From Azolla caroliniana (taxonomy: Eukaryota > Plantae > Polypodiophyta): DNA of 64,000 nucleotides. Location of the stretch: contig JBHGNT010000015.1 of assembly GCA_043228905.1 (NCBI GenBank), positions 4,836,001 through 4,900,000 of the forward strand. The letters are read 5' to 3'. The notes under the pieces were generated by a model. It was not told where the DNA came from. It saw only the letters and a list, made by a program, of their open reading frames with translations, and ran no database searches. Each line of letters starts with the position of its first letter. Positions within the stretch are counted from its first letter, which is position 1. The position numbers and the translations under genes were made by a program. Below, in pieces: positions 35,581 to 49,811 of the stretch.

Positions 35581-38500
35581 ACCTGAATGCATAGAAATAT
35601 GTAGTTTGAGTAGGTATATCACACTTAATGTCAGTTAGTAGGATACTAATTTATATTTCACATAAAAACTACATGGAAAATTGTTTATTCGATGTTTGGA
35701 TCCACAACCTTATGCCCTTGCTGTGCTGAATTTGAACTGTGGCCACATCCGATGCAGCGTCATCTGAATCTAATGTTAGGGTGACATAAAGATTAGCGTT
35801 TGACTCAACCTCCTTCCGTCGAACTGACATCTTCTGTCATCTCAGTCTTGGTGGAGTGGACACACCACCCTCAGATGGGTTTAGAGCCTCACTCACATCT
35901 GTGGACACACCTTGTAGTTGGGTGGATATCCCCGCCTTTTTACACTGTCTCACCACAATAAGACACATGTTATTATCTGAATTCTGCCAATAAACCCTCC
36001 AACACATATCTCAAATGAAATCCTCGCTCATACTTACATAAGAATCCAAACCGGATCTTATCTTCTTCGTCAACATCTCCAAACGCTCATCCTTTTTGGT
36101 GTCGTATATGGCCATCTCGTTGTCCATAAATTGCGCCACGAACTCTGCCTCTGTGTCAAGACGGAGCTCAACGGGAATAGAGTTGTACCTCGAAACAACC
36201 CTAACCTTCAACTTCCAGATATATGTTTGCCAATTTTTATTGTACTTGATTTTGGGGTCCATGAATCTTCTGAGTGATCTCTGACGCTCATAGCTATTAA
36301 AGCATGCCCCCGGAGTACCCTCCTCATTCTATACGCATCCCTCGTGGTAGGACTATGTCTATTCCATGTTCCCTGCGTAAATGTGATTCCATGTCACTTT
36401 TTTTGTGATACCACCTTGGCGAGAGGCGGAAATACTTAGTATAGATACACGCACGGGCCTTGTTCCCATTTGCATATCTTCCAACCTTATACAACGAGTT
36501 TGGGTGAGGAGCATATAATCCTTCTATATCTGTTACATATTTAAGATTGACATAAAGATTGGCATAAAGATTGACATATTGCAACGACACCAAATCCACA
36601 TACCATTTGGAGGAGCATCTTGGTCGAATGTTTCCATGGCATGTATCGGCTCGATTTGAGGCGGATGAACCACTAGTGTCTGATCCATTCTCTCCCCACC
36701 CTTAGACATGTCGGCTGACGAACTTCTCCAATGTCTTCTAACAAAGACCCTTTAACAAATCACGAGTCAACATACATGCATCAAACCCTAAACCAGTATT
36801 AGGGGAGATTGGTTCGTGACATACCTATCTTGAGTTGGATATATGTCACCGTTATCGAAATCCCACCAATCTTTGTACTTGGACTTGGAAGCCATCTACC
36901 ACCATTCAAGTAATCAAACATTTTCCAAATTTAATACTCAAACACACACAATATTAAGATTAAGCAAGCAAATAATTTCGATCATTGAGTTAGAGATAAA
37001 TATAAATGCATCATTTTGTTGGATATTACCATGCTCTTGACCTTTTCACTCGATATGTACTGGCATTCTGCTTCACATGTTGCTGCTTTCACAGTGTTGG
37101 CAGCTACTAGCATTGCATTCTGAAAAAAGAACAATTTAAAGAAGCAAAGGACTTGGAGTTAATACAACATTAGTTGTTATATGCAAAAACTTACATTACT
37201 GATGCTTCATTGTGAATCCTAGCTCAGATTTGTACAAAAAATAATCACATATGACATTGCGAAAAGATTAGATACACAAACACAACATTGCTAATTCTGT
37301 GTCGTTGAGACTGGCACAAATCCGTACAAAATAAAATTGTTTACATCAGTGAGACTGGCATATGTTTACATCACTAATTCATATACAACCCATTGTTCGG
37401 AAATGGTCAATGCTTGTACTCCTTTCCCTTTGTTCCTTTTTTAGTATGTATACAGCCCAGAAGAGAACCAAAACAACCAAAACATTTCTAAACGGAAACT
37501 TTCATATGTAAACATTACTAACTCTAAACGTGTGAAATGGTAACCAACCATGTGCAAAACCATTAAAATAAGTTATTTATGAACACACAATTCGCAAATG
37601 ACATCATTTGCACGATGATTACCTAATGATTCACTTGCACATTTATCATCAACTAATCTTTAAATAGAAGAGTGCATTCAACTACTGAATTATGTTGGAA
37701 ATGATACATCTCTTCACCTCAATAAAAAAGGGTTTAGGGTTTCCATGTCTCATCCATGAATAGACAATCAAGAATCAATGTCAAACGTTCAGTGCCATTT
37801 GGGAGGCTACCAATACGCAATCTGGCCACCATGATATTGCCTCAAGAAGCAATCTTTCAGCCACGACTGGAGCCATGCCATTCATTTACACATATCAAGC
37901 ACTAAAATTTGCATTTTAGGTATTGTTGAGTTGTCACTAAACCATGTGCCTTGTCAAAAGATCTCATTACAACTTAAATTCATTGAAAACCAAAGTTTGG
38001 TTATGTTCCTTAAGAAATAGAATGCCATTCATCCTAACCTTAAAGTGATGAAGAAAATCTGTTAACATTTGCTAGAGGCCAAAATCGACCCATGACACAA
38101 ATTATGATTGCAAATATGGCTGAATCCATGTGTCATCCATATTGAAGCAGAAATACAAGCTCTAGATTTCCCAAAGCTCCATCATCATTATCTTAATGCT
38201 TGTGGTAGAATTATTAGATTAGTTGGTGTAGTGGAATGAGACTATGACGAAGTTCAACAAGTGTATCTAGGTTTTCTTGTGTGGATCAGACATGGTGAGC
38301 AATGATCTCCATGATTCAGTGATGGTACAACCCATGTACCTTATGACCCTAAACCCTAATCCCTCACTTCCAAATCTCCCCATATGTTATATCCTACTTA
38401 TCATGTTGCAATAATTAGATGCCCTCTATATAGTCTATTCCTTCCTTTTATGTAGTAAAACCCTAATCCCTCAACAAGAAAAAAAATCCCTCAACTATTC

Positions 38501-38982
38501 CAAATCCTAATCCCTCAACTATTCCTACCACATGTAAAAACAATCAGAAAAAGTGATGTAATAGGGTTTAGTACATACTTGGGAATAGTGATGGAGGAGA
38601 TTGATTGCCACTTATGTCGATTGCAGGCCGCTTGACGATAGTTTTCTTTCTCGGCAAAAAAACCCTATCAATCTCGTTTGAAAAAATCAAAGATAATGAC
38701 AGGTTTCAAGCTTTTATAGTCGTCAGTTGGGCGACCTGCATCTTATATTGAGTTGGTTGGGCGACCAACTCAATATAAATTGACCTGTGGTTGGGTGACC
38801 TGCTTAAACCAGTCACCCAACCGTTTTAAAAATATACGGTTGGGCGACCTGCGTCGATGATTAAGTTGGTTGGGCGACCAACTTAATATAAACTTACCTG
38901 CGGTTGGGCGACCTCTGCACAACTTTTATTTTCGCGCCCTCTTTCTTATTGAAATCTAACGGTGCAGTTTGCACGCGCCTTT

Positions 38983-41664
38983 TCAAGGGTAAGTGAGGCT
39001 TGAAGGGTAAGTGGTCCGTAACACCTTTTCAACTTACTTCCATTGACAAAACCTGAGAGATTGATATCCTCGAGTGTTCGAAACATACACACGTCTATCT
39101 TTGTGATGTATGGACCTTCTCCTTGTAGTTTGACTTTTTTCTTGTGTCTTTCGGAGGAGAATTTAAGTACCATATCTCTTTCCTAGAGGTTTTTTTCTTT
39201 GATCTTGTTGTTGTGGCAAGGATTTCTATTTTCCTTTTCCACAAGGAGTGCAACAACCTTGTCTCAATTAGGCGTTCAAGGTTCTCTAATGGTGAGTGTA
39301 GAATTTCCTCATACCATCTATCTTGTACCGCAATGCATAGGCTAGCAACAAGGAATTTGACCGAGATAACAACCTCTTGGTCTTAGACTAGTTTGAATGG
39401 TGTGCATGGTAACAACCTTGTAAGACATGTAGAAAGCCCACAATGCGGCATGTAGTTTGGTTCTCCAATCCGAACAAGAATGCTCAACGATCTTGGTTAG
39501 GATTGTGCACAACACTTTGTTGATGCTTTCTTCTTGTCCATTACAACAGGGGGTAGTAAGGGGAAATTTTCTGGCACGCTACCATGAACTTACTGAGGAG
39601 GTGAACAACTACTTCGTTTAAAATGTGGGTGTCAGGGCCGTAGCCAAGGACAAGTTTTAAAGTGAAGAAGAGAATGAGAAGAAGAAAATAGGAGAGAAAT
39701 GAGAAACAAATAATATGAGGAAATTGACAACGTATTAACATTGAGAACAAAAGAATAACAATGAGAACAAAAGAATATGCCGAAGACTTGCGTTAAATTG
39801 GAATGGTTTGGATATATGCTTATATAGCATGGTTTGGACACATATATGCTGGCCATGTCATAGGTAGGCATGATCACCACTTGTTGTTCATGCAAGTATA
39901 CCACTTGGCATTCATGCTAGCATGACCATTGGTGATCATGAGTTAACCCATGCTTGGTGGCAACATTTCATAATATTGTATTTCTATCCTAATGATCTAA
40001 TAAAAGTTATAAATAATAGTATATACAATATAATTTATCATAGTGATTGACGTTACACATCTTCTTTGAAGAGGTCATGGGTTTAAATCTCTATTACAAG
40101 TTTGGAGTATAGTGGGAGCCTTGGTCGTTAATCAACTCCAAAGGTTTGCCAAACCATAGTATAATGGTTTCAGATAGGAACTTAGCATTTGCGGTTTGAG
40201 ATGCTTTTGCTTTAACCCATTTTGTAGCGTAATCAACTGCGATGATGATATAGGGAATAAGTTTAGAAGCCAAACAAATTGGGTTGATGAAATTGATGCC
40301 CAAATTTTCAAAGGTTTGTCAAGCCACTACAGGGTGCAAGGTATTGAAATCCTCCTTTAATGGGTGTTTATATCATTGGCATTCATCACAACATTTGACA
40401 TATTCATATTCATCACAACGTTTGCCAAAGGTTAGCATGGAGGATTTTATGGGTTGTGGCTTAATGGTTGAAGTGGTTTGCCTGTATGCATTGACAATGT
40501 GCTTACTCGATGACTGCAATCACATCGTAGTCAATGGTGACTAAAATTGTCATCGCTTTAGGTTGTCTCGAAGCATGGTGAAGGGCCCACACTACTCGGG
40601 CATTTGCACAACTTAATTGTTTAAGTACAATGCCCCTTCGATGAGTACTCAAACAATGTCAGTCGCCCAAGTTGGCACAACATTGATAATGAAGAGGGCT
40701 ACATCAACTACTTCATCCTTGATGCCCATGTCCTCTTTGTTGATTATTAGCCTTGAGAAATGATTGCAAAGGACATGGTCTTTGCCTTTCTGTACTATGA
40801 ACTTAAAATTGAAAACAAAAAACAACAAATATAAAAATGCTAATGCTGATTAACTTAATTAAACATGCTAAAAAACAAAAACTCTTCATCCCCTATGTAT
40901 CTTCGAGCATCAGGAAAACTTGCTTCATGAGCTTTACACAAAGCTTGTCAATAACTTTAAGTGTCGGTCTTATCCTTGGCCGAGGCGCCAAATAGATGTG
41001 TGGGTTCCTCACACCCAAACATGTGTATACATCGATGCGGTATACCTCCCACCAATATCGTTGTGCCTAGGATCTAGATTGGCATATACATGGTAGCAAG
41101 TAGGGCAAGAGTGGTCCTCAATCACTCTTGAGCTACAAGTTTAACTAAGCTTAATGAATAGGGCTTACACACACGCACACACACACACGCACACACTCAC
41201 TCACTCACACTCACTTTACTCCCTCTTATATTAGATATATATGCATAGACAAGTTCAAGGCAAAGATAAACATATACTACTACTTATTAACAATGAGATT
41301 TAGCACCATACAAGAGTAGAGGGATTAGTGTTTGACTCACTTAGATCTTAACCCTAATCACTCTAAGCTCTAACAGAAGATTAAGGGGATAGAGTGAAAG
41401 CTCTTAATGCACTAATGAAAAGGAGAAACACAAAGATGGAGAAGAGCTACAAAAGTTACCAAAGAGTGGCTTCCATAACTTTTTACAAAGGAGAGAGGGT
41501 CTTTTCACACTAGTTCCCCATTGGCTACAATGCTTCCTATTGGGGTACTCTATCCCCCTTTTCTATTGTCTTGTTGCACTCGGTGTCCCTTGTTGGTGGC
41601 GTTGTCTCCATAACTGGTGTCTTGGATGTCAGATATTTAACAATATACAATGTTGGCATCCACA
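38983..41664 (-). mobile_element. Degenerate Ty3/Gypsy remnant (integrase pieces, PBS, probable LTR)
   Basis: Minus strand: GINFINP...IIIAVDYATKWVKA, PLELINDQGSH, SPYYP, VNGSKLKR. PBS-like TGGCGCC at 40984-40990. LTR-like sequence runs from about 40995 to 41660, and its end is uncertain. Confidence 0.7.
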
Positions 41665-43367
41665 AAAGGGAGGTGAAAAACCACATTCCAATACTTATGT
41701 AGTTTCGATGTCTTAATACAAATACACTTACGAAGAAAAAGAATGATAAGTATGAGGTTTAGGGAGGGAGCTAGAAATTGTTCTTTAGGCATGTAATTAA
41801 AATGAAATGCATTTTGAATAATTAAGTTATTTTAAACGTATCAAGCAATATTGCTTTAGTACTTAGTGTTCACTATCCTTGATTTTTTTATTATGTTGAC
41901 TATCAATCTTTGAAAATTAAATGTTCTTGGATGTTTCTCCAACTCATGGTTTTGATATTTATGAACTCAGACCCTCCTTGTTATCTTTTCTATCAATGAT
42001 TAATCAATTTATGCGGTTTCTTTTCCTTTGTCTTTGTCATAATCTTTTTTTTCTCACAAACCATTTATTGACTACTCATGACATAGCCTCAATTAATCAT
42101 ATGCCAAGTGTTTATGATGGTTATTTAGAAGAGTGAATATAAAGTTTTTGGATGTAGGCGTCAACAAGTCATGTTGTTGAAACTTATTCTTTACTCATTA
42201 ATTGAGTTTCTTTTTTAGTAATAGGAAAATCATTAGAAAATATGAGAGAGTCATTCAAGTCAAGTAGGACAATGACATAATTTCTGCAATATTTATATGG
42301 ATCACTCGGACAATAATTCAACTACTCAACTTTCCCCTTAGAACTCTCTATATATAGATAGATATAAATGGATATTGTATTCTCTATGTATGTGAACCCA
42401 CTTGTGATATGGGACCCAAAGTATAGGTGATGGACGAAGTGTGTTATGGGAAAACATTTACTTTTCCATGTATTAGAGTTAGTACTAATGTGATAGCCTT
42501 AGGTGAGACACATAGTTTGTCCACTGAATAATATGCAGTTCAATAATATTTTGTTTGAGCAGTATTAAGCTATAGTTATAGGTAATTCCCCACTCTTCTA
42601 GGAGTGCTTGCATGCCATAAGATGAATGATAAACAATACCGAGGCAGGATGTCGGAATGTTTTGTTTGTGAAAACAATGCTTTATAAAATCAGCCAACTT
42701 TCTTATATTGAAGTTGTAAGAGAATAAATTGGAAAAAGTTCGAATCAAGTAGGATACGAGCAAGAATGGCGTAGGAAGCTTACAACTTTCCGATAGTCTT
42801 TACATTCATGTACATTTATATATGTATATAGATGGATGTTTTTGATGGAAATGTGTACTAAATTGATCTTGTTATCCAATATATACACATATATATGACA
42901 TAGGGAAAAGTGGTGGAAAGAAAACAATACAACCACGCAAGCTCATCAACAAAAGAACAATCACAACTTTCTCTTGCTCCATAGCTCCTACTCATGCCAC
43001 AAAGCAATCTAGGGCAATAGAAATGGGCTCCCGACCAAGACATAGAAAAGGGGTTGGGCTATAGAAATTTGTCGTGCACGTAGGCCTTGGCCTCGTGGAC
43101 CGCAGCCAAGACCACAATCTTACCACACTTGGCATTGACAGATGAAGACCATTATTATCTCCTGCCGATGAACAAGAAGAAAAGGTTTCATTCACTTAGC
43201 GTTGGGCCTTGATTCAATGTATTGGTCCTAGTTCACAAGTGGCTACATCAAGCCAACTAGCTAGTTGCGGGTCCACGTGGAGGATTCCACATCACCGATA
43301 CATCGAGCTCACTAACAATAAGTGTATGTACCCAGAGTGTCGAAACGCCGGCTCGGCGGAGGGTGCT

Positions 43368-43520
43368 GACTAATAGTTTTCCAGGGTCCAAAACATGTTG
43401 GGCCACTTTTAGTTAACTACTAATAAATTTCTAGGGTCGAGAACATGTTCGGACACTTTCAGTTAACGACTGATGGGTTTTCCAGGGGATGAAAACATAT
43501 TGGGGGCACTTCTAGTTAAC
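43368..43520. repeat. Three imperfect tandem copies of a ~57-bp unit
   Basis: Recurring TTTCCAGGG..AAACATGTTGGG.CACTTT.AGTTAAC. Confidence 0.75.
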
Positions 43521-43663
43521 ATTAGTGTGAATGGAGTAGGGAGTCCAAAGGCCATTCGTTCAATAATAATTACAAATAAGCCTGGCCAGCCAAGAAGGCG
43601 TGGATAAGACATTGACCACTGGAATACATTTAATGCGCTGACATTTTCATGGGTTCGTTAGGT

Positions 43664-43733
43664 TGCCACGTGGGCGTCCACCTCACTCGGGTGTGCCACG
43701 TGGACGGCACGTCACTTGGAGGCGCCACGTGGA
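43664..43733 (+). promoter_or_regulatory. G-box/ABRE cluster upstream of OSCA copy 1
   Basis: GCCACGTGG three times (cores 43667, 43697, 43726) plus CACGTC at 43708, about 185-250 nt before the ATG. Confidence 0.75.
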
Positions 43734-43785
43734 CACGACGACTCTGATAATGATAACAGTGCGCCTCCATAGCCAGAGCTCGCAC

Positions 43786-43872
43786 TCTTCTTCTTCTTCT
43801 TCTTCTTCTTCTTCATCTTCTTCTTCTTCTTCTTCTGCTTCTGCTTCTTCTTCTTCTCCTTCTTCTTCTTCA
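43786..43872. repeat. (TCT)n microsatellite in the probable 5' UTR of OSCA copy 1
   Basis: About 28 imperfect TCT triplets. Confidence 0.9.
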
Positions 43873-43915
43873 TCATTGAATGAGTAAAGCTTGATCCTTT
43901 GCTGCAACTGCTGCC

Positions 43916-46900
43916 ATGGATATCTCAGGCTTCATCACTTCTCTGGCCACTTCTTTTCTCACCTTCCTTGCCCTTCTCGCCATTCAAGCCCTGCTCTCGC
44001 GCAGCCCTCGAAATGCTCAGGTCTACTACCCTCGCAAGAAAGCCAAGAAGATGGCTCCTCCTTACAACCCTGGCATCTTCTCATGGCTACGCGAAGCTTG
44101 GTCTGTTACTGAGGAAGACATCATCAAGCAGGCCGGCCTGGATGCTGCCATTTACATGAAATTCCTTGCCTCTGGTACCTAATTTAAATCCAAAATTCCA
44201 TCATGTCGATTTCTTGGATTCCCTGAAGTCTTTCAATCGTCTTAATTAATCGCGTGCAATCAATCTTAATGGCCTTCCAATCCGGGCCTGCTTATGTGAT
44301 TCCTGTGTTTAGAGTAGTATTCGCAGTCTGTGTGGCTTAATTCCAGCCAGAGCAATTCAAATTCATCCTGCCTTGGCTTGACTTCCTGTTCTCTGATTCT
44401 CATCATTGCTTTGCAGCCTTCTCAATTTGCGTGTGCACGGCACTCTACTGCGTTCCCGTGTTGATTCCTGTTTCCATAACAGACAAGAATTTCGAGCTTC
44501 AGGAACAGAAGAATTCGACGGTTGGGTCCACTGATTTCGACAAGGCTGCCATGGGGAATGTGCAGGTAATGTTATATATACGTAACATGGATTGTAAAGA
44601 CAGAAAATGGATTGAAACTGTTGGTTCTTGACTGCTACAGGATAGGAGTTTACGTCTGTGGGCCTATGTAATTGGAGCTTACTGGCTCACCATAGCCACT
44701 CTGCATAGGCTCTGGAAAACCTACAAGCATGTTGTGGCCTTACGAATCAACGACAAAACTGGCACTCAGACAGCAAAACCAGAGGAATATGCTATTCTGG
44801 TGAGGGATATCCCTGCCCCTACCAATGGCACCATAGCTGAAGAGGTGGACAAGTACTTCAGAGCTCTGCATCCCGGAACATATCAGGCCTCCATCGTTGT
44901 CACATACAGATCCAAGGTATGTATTATCTATTAGGAAATCATAATCTCCTCCTGTTCTTCCTTTCTGAGAAGAAACCATTAGGTTTTTTCTCTGTATTAG
45001 TGTTTAGTAAAATTTAACATGGCTTTTCCAAAAAGCACAGTTTTTGTTAGGGTTTTCTCTGTATTAGTGTTTAGTAAGATTTAACATGGATTTTCAAAAA
45101 AACACAGTTTGTTAGGGTTTAGGGTTGTTGTGTGGGTAAGCGTTTTACATAGAAAGCATTAGCCACTATCTTTGGGCGATGCTCCATGGAAAAAGAATGG
45201 CTTGTGTGTACCATTTCAGGCTTATATGTTCTGGAAAAAGGCACAGAGAGCTAGGAAGAAAGTTGCTCATCTAGAGGCAACCAGTCAGGGGAAGAAGACT
45301 ACACCTAAACACAGGACTGGATTTCTAGGCCTTTTTGGGCCTCAAGTAGACTCCATTGACTACTACAGAGCACAAGAGGAGAAGAATGAAGAAGCTCTTG
45401 AGGAGGAACGAAGATCTAACGCAAGTTCCACGACTCAGAAAGGCGCTGCGATCGTCATCTTTAATAACAGAGCGGCTGCCACTTGTGCATCTCAGGTACA
45501 AACATATTCATACTCAAGAATTAAAACTCAATTCTTTGTGTATCTCAATGTATGTTCTAAAAAATCAAACTGGTCTTTTAAAAATAAAAAACCAGTAGTC
45601 TGATTTAATGTTCTAATGTTAGTTACCTGGTCTTTTAACTATTGCAGGTTAGCCATAGCCTTTATGCGAACCAATGGATTACGTCTGCGGCCCCTGAGCC
45701 GAGAGAAGTGATCTGGACAAACCTGGCCATCCCATTTGTACAAAGGCTCATTCGACAGGCAGCGGTCTATTCCACGGTCTCGATCACAATCTTCTTCTAC
45801 ATGATCCCCATAGCTTTCGTGTCCGCCATTATCTCCCTCGATAACTTGAAGCTGAAGCTACCATTCCTGGCTCCTCTGGTGGATATCCCATCAGTCAATG
45901 CGGTACTCCAAGCATTTCTACCTCAGATTGTTCTCATCGTCTTCATTTACGTCCTTCCGTTCGTGCTCTCGAGGATCTCAGAAATGGAGGGGATTCTTTC
46001 GAAAAGCGATCGGGATAGGGCAGCTGCCGGCAAATTCTTCTACTTTAATGTTCTTAATGTCTTCTTGGGTGTGACTTTAGCAGGAAGTCTGTTCAGCTCC
46101 ATGAAAAGTATCCTGGATCGTCCGAAAACCATAGTCGCATTGCTAAGTGAATCCCTCCCTGGGCAAGCCAATTTCTTCATCTCATTTGTGGCCCTCAAGT
46201 AAGTCTCTAATCTCTAATGTCTGTGTCTGTTGTTTCTTTCTTTTCCATTGTTGTGATGCAGGAATCCAAGGTCCCATCTCTGTGCTTTATTGGGATCAAG
46301 ATTTTTGCCCCGGCCCTGCTCCTCTGTTCCAGAGGGTTCATCACCAACATTAATTGTGTCAAAATCTGTATCGTTTTATATTGCACCATCATCCAGCTCC
46401 GAAAAGAGCATGCAAAAATCTCTTGTTCTTTTCTCACACGACGCTTAGAAAAACATGGCCTCTCATCCAAATCATGACTCTACCATGTTTGATACCAATG
46501 ATTCGTCTCCACGGACTAATGGACATTGGATTGATTCGTCTCTCCACGGATAAATGGGCGGATTGATTCATCTCTCCACGGACTAATGATCCGTCGCTCC
46601 ACGGACTAATGCGTGATTGATTTGTCTCCATAGACCTAATCGTGACCCATTCGGCATCGGTTCGGCGTATGTTCTTCGGAGTTCCTCTCCATTGTGTTTA
46701 CTAAGTTGTTCAAGGTTAGCCCCCACGATTTTAATTCCACAATTCCGTCCCTTTGACGAGGTGACTAGTTGTGGCGTAGAACACCTTTGAGTCGTCCCAT
46801 AGTTATGGACTATAAAAAGCCTCAACAATCGTGGTGCTCATAAGCTTGTTGCTTGACTCTCATGATAAGATGGCCGCGTACCACTCCTAGAAGGTCCATC

Positions 46901-49279
46901 ATTTGAGGAGGTGAGATGTGGCACATAAAACGTTTTGACTCGTGCGTGGGTATGGACAAGAAAAAATGAGAAACTTTTAAAATCCCAACAATCGTGGTTG
47001 AACGCTAGACTCCCATAATTAATAAGATCGCCTACCACTTACTTGTCGATTAAGCACTTCTACCTAGCATGTATGTCTAAGAAATTTTGCTTGTGAAGGA
47101 AGGACTCATCCTAGCATGTCAACAAGTTATAAGGTTCCTAATGGATCAATTCCAATTATGAAAATGTAATAAAAGAAGAAAAGGGTAAGCAATCAAAGTT
47201 GTGTTCCATCCATCTCAAGGAGGCGACCAAGATGTCTCTTATCGTGCTTGTGCCCAAGAAAAACATGAAGATTATAAGGGTATGTGTAGATTACAAAAAG
47301 CTAATGAGGTTACCATCTTGAATCCCTTCGCACTCCCATTCACAGATTTATTGATATCTGATGTAGTGAACCACGAAATGTATACTTTCAAGTTTCAATA
47401 GTGTTCATATCTAAGTGAAAATGGCGTTGAGAGACAAACTTTAATGTCATTGACTAAGGAGTCTTTGTAGCCATAATGATGATGTTTGGCCTAACCAAAT
47501 ACAAAATTAAAAAAGCAATCTCCATCCTTGAGTAGGGAGTCATGCTAGCCAAAACTCATGATGTTTGAGTTGAGGAAAAGAGAACATAAAAAACAACCTT
47601 TGTCACCAACTAGAGAGTCTTCATAGCCATATTAACGATGATGTTTGGGTAGTCCATAACTAAACATTATCTGTAATTGCTAATTGCACTACCCAAATGG
47701 GTACTACACTCCTAGGACCAATTTGCTAATTCCCGATCCTACATCCTTCCGATTGGTTTTGTGGAGTACCCAATTTGCTTGATTGTATCCAAGGTGCATG
47801 GCAATGTAGGGCTATTCAAGCTGTTATAGGTAGCAACCTAGAGCTATTCAAATTTGATTTCTCAGTCTCAAGAGCGAAAGCAAAATGGTTGGGTTGTGGG
47901 CATTCACTAAGCTCTAAACCCTAAACTGAACCCTAAATCACATTTTTTGGTATGGAAAACCATCATCGACTACATCCGAACTGAAACCAGCGTGTTCCTC
48001 AGACCGAAATCCCTGCAGAGGAGGGAAGGGGAGGAATGGCAATCTTGATTCCACTATATGTGTGTCTCCGGTATATGACAAGGGAAACATAAGAACAGAG
48101 ATGTGGGCAAACACAAGAATTAACAAATTGAAAGGCTAATGCAGGGCGGTGGTTTATTGTGATGATTTCTAATGGGTTATTCATAATGTGCAGGTTCTTT
48201 GTGGGTTATGGCATGGCATTCTCGAGGCTAGTCCCATTCGTCAGATTTCATTTGAGGAAGAGGATTGGGTGGATTAGGACCAATGCCGAAATCAAGAAGG
48301 CCTTGCGCCCGAAGTCTTTCAAATACGGGACTAATATCCCCGCAGATATGCTCATTCTGACAATCACGTTTTGCTATGCAGTCATAGCACCACTGATTTT
48401 AGTATTTTCGATCATCTACTTCGCTCTGGGTTGGCTATTCATGCGGAATCAGGTAAGGCCAATGCGGGGGGGGGGGGCATCGGATAGAATTTAAATAAGA
48501 ATGCCATGAATATATTAATCCTGGCTTGCATGCTAAATGCTGCATGTGCATCTAATTTGGGGATGTATACCATATGTATCTACTGGTTTGTTTACTTGTA
48601 CTATACATCTAATTAGATGTTTAGATGAATCCATATGGATGCAGCAAGTATGTTTAGATTAAGTCAGAAGATTACATACTTGTAGTATACATCTAATTTG
48701 ATGTTTAGATGAATGGATATGGATGCGGCAAGTATGTTTACATTAAGTCAGAGGATTACATACTCTCTGACAATGAGGAGGCTATAAGACATTCTAATTT
48801 GTCAGGAAATGATAATGCCCCTTTGGAGATAGGAAATATGAAGCATTGCTCAGTACTTAACCGGGCCTTCTTTGTGTCTAATATTATTGACTACTTCTCT
48901 GTAGGCATTGAATGTGATGATGCCGAAGTACGAGAGCGGAGGTAGGATGTGGCCTCACATCCATTCTCGGATAGTAGCTTCTCTCCTCTTATCCCAGATC
49001 ACAATGCTGGGCTATTTCGGACTCAAGCAGTTCGTGTATGTGCCATTACTGACGCCGCCTATCGTGGCGACTCTCATTTTCGCATACATATGTCGAGAGT
49101 TCTTCTACCCGTCTTTCAAAGTGTCTCCTCTCTATGCTACTTGTGGAGAACCCATTGATCCTCCCTCTATTGAGTCAATAGTTAAAGCTTATACGCCTGC
49201 CTACCTCGCTCCCAAGCGTCGAAAACACGATCTTGAGGACATTATGAGTGACATGGAGGACATGGATGAAGGGCCATAG
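43916..49279 (+). CDS. ERD4: CSC1/OSCA hyperosmolality- and mechano-gated channel, ERD4/OSCA3.1-like (copy 1); 7 exons, about 714 aa
   Basis: Exons 43916-44174, 44417-44565, 44641-44916, 45220-45495, 45648-46198, 48194-48452, 48905-49279 (2145 nt, in frame). Motifs AGLDAAIY, EYAILVRDIP, RTGFLGLFG, AAPEPREVIW, FFYMIPIAF, FFYFNVLNVFLG, DMLILTITFCYAVIAPLI, YESGGRMWPHIH. Confidence 0.95.
46495..46640. repeat. Short tandem repeat (GATTCGTCTCTCCACGGACTAATG-like, about 5 copies) in OSCA1 intron 5
   Basis: Repeated CTCCACGGA(C/T)(T/A)AATG units. Confidence 0.75.
47090..47650 (+). mobile_element. Degenerate Gypsy RT fragment in OSCA1 intron 5
   Basis: Frameshifted RVCVDYKKL / NEVTILNPFALPFTDLLISDVVNHEMYTF, typical of the Gypsy RT N-terminus. 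Confidence 0.65.
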
Positions 49280-49811
49280 TAGTTTCTGGGAACCCACCAG
49301 TCATCATTAGAAGAATATTGAAGATTCTTACCATTCTCTCCTTTGTATTATATGTATATATATATCATATATGTAGCCTTCTTCTTATCTGGTTCATCTG
49401 ATTCCCTTTCAATTCACCATTCTCTTGTTGCATCCTACACATGGTTTGCTTCTTACCCAATTCATCTCCAACCAATTGTCTACCCATTCGATTTGTTTTT
49501 GAGTGCCTGATTTTCTAGAGAGTTTTACTATGATTGCCAAAAACATTTATTGTAAACATTTATTGTGCATTGTTAATGAAGGTCGCATGGTATTGGTAAC
49601 TCCCCTCTCCATGCTCATAAAACATTACAAATTGGTCAATGCTCATAAAGCATATCAAATTAATCCATGAAGTCTACGTCCAATAGATATGTAAAGAAGA
49701 CAATGAATGGTATGATGTATGTGCAGTTAATATCAACATTCTCAAAGAAGTGGGGACAATGCATCATCACTTTGTGTTTGCACTAAATGCATTTTCTTCA
49801 CACCTTGTTGC

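Larger units (their letters stand above)
33249..38982 (-). mobile_element. TIR DNA transposon (MULE-like), non-autonomous, carrying a Ulp1 protease pseudogene
   Basis: About 75-80-bp inverted repeats at 33249-33324 and 38903-38982 (AAGGCGCGTGC..CTGCACCGT.AGATTTC.ATAAG). Many subterminal GGTCGCCCAAC/TTGGGCGACC motifs. Internal minus-strand Ulp1 and zinc-ribbon fragments. No TSD found; the right end appears truncated. Confidence 0.72.

Noticed and set aside
42350-43317. Possible solo LTR ending ...GAGCTCACTAACA
   Set aside because: I could not identify a matching other terminus, TSD, PBS or PPT.
43663-43907. Poly-Ser and poly-Glu ORFs
   Set aside because: They are translations of the (TCT)n microsatellite.
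38345-47940. Telomere-like CCCTAAA/TTTAGGG motifs (about 38348, 45113, 47916)
   Set aside because: Only 1-3 imperfect copies each; not an interstitial telomere array.
46252-48120. Possible inverted termini (CCATCTCTGT / ACAGAGATG) around the OSCA1 intron-5 insertion
   Set aside because: The match is too short and has no TSD, so it may be chance.
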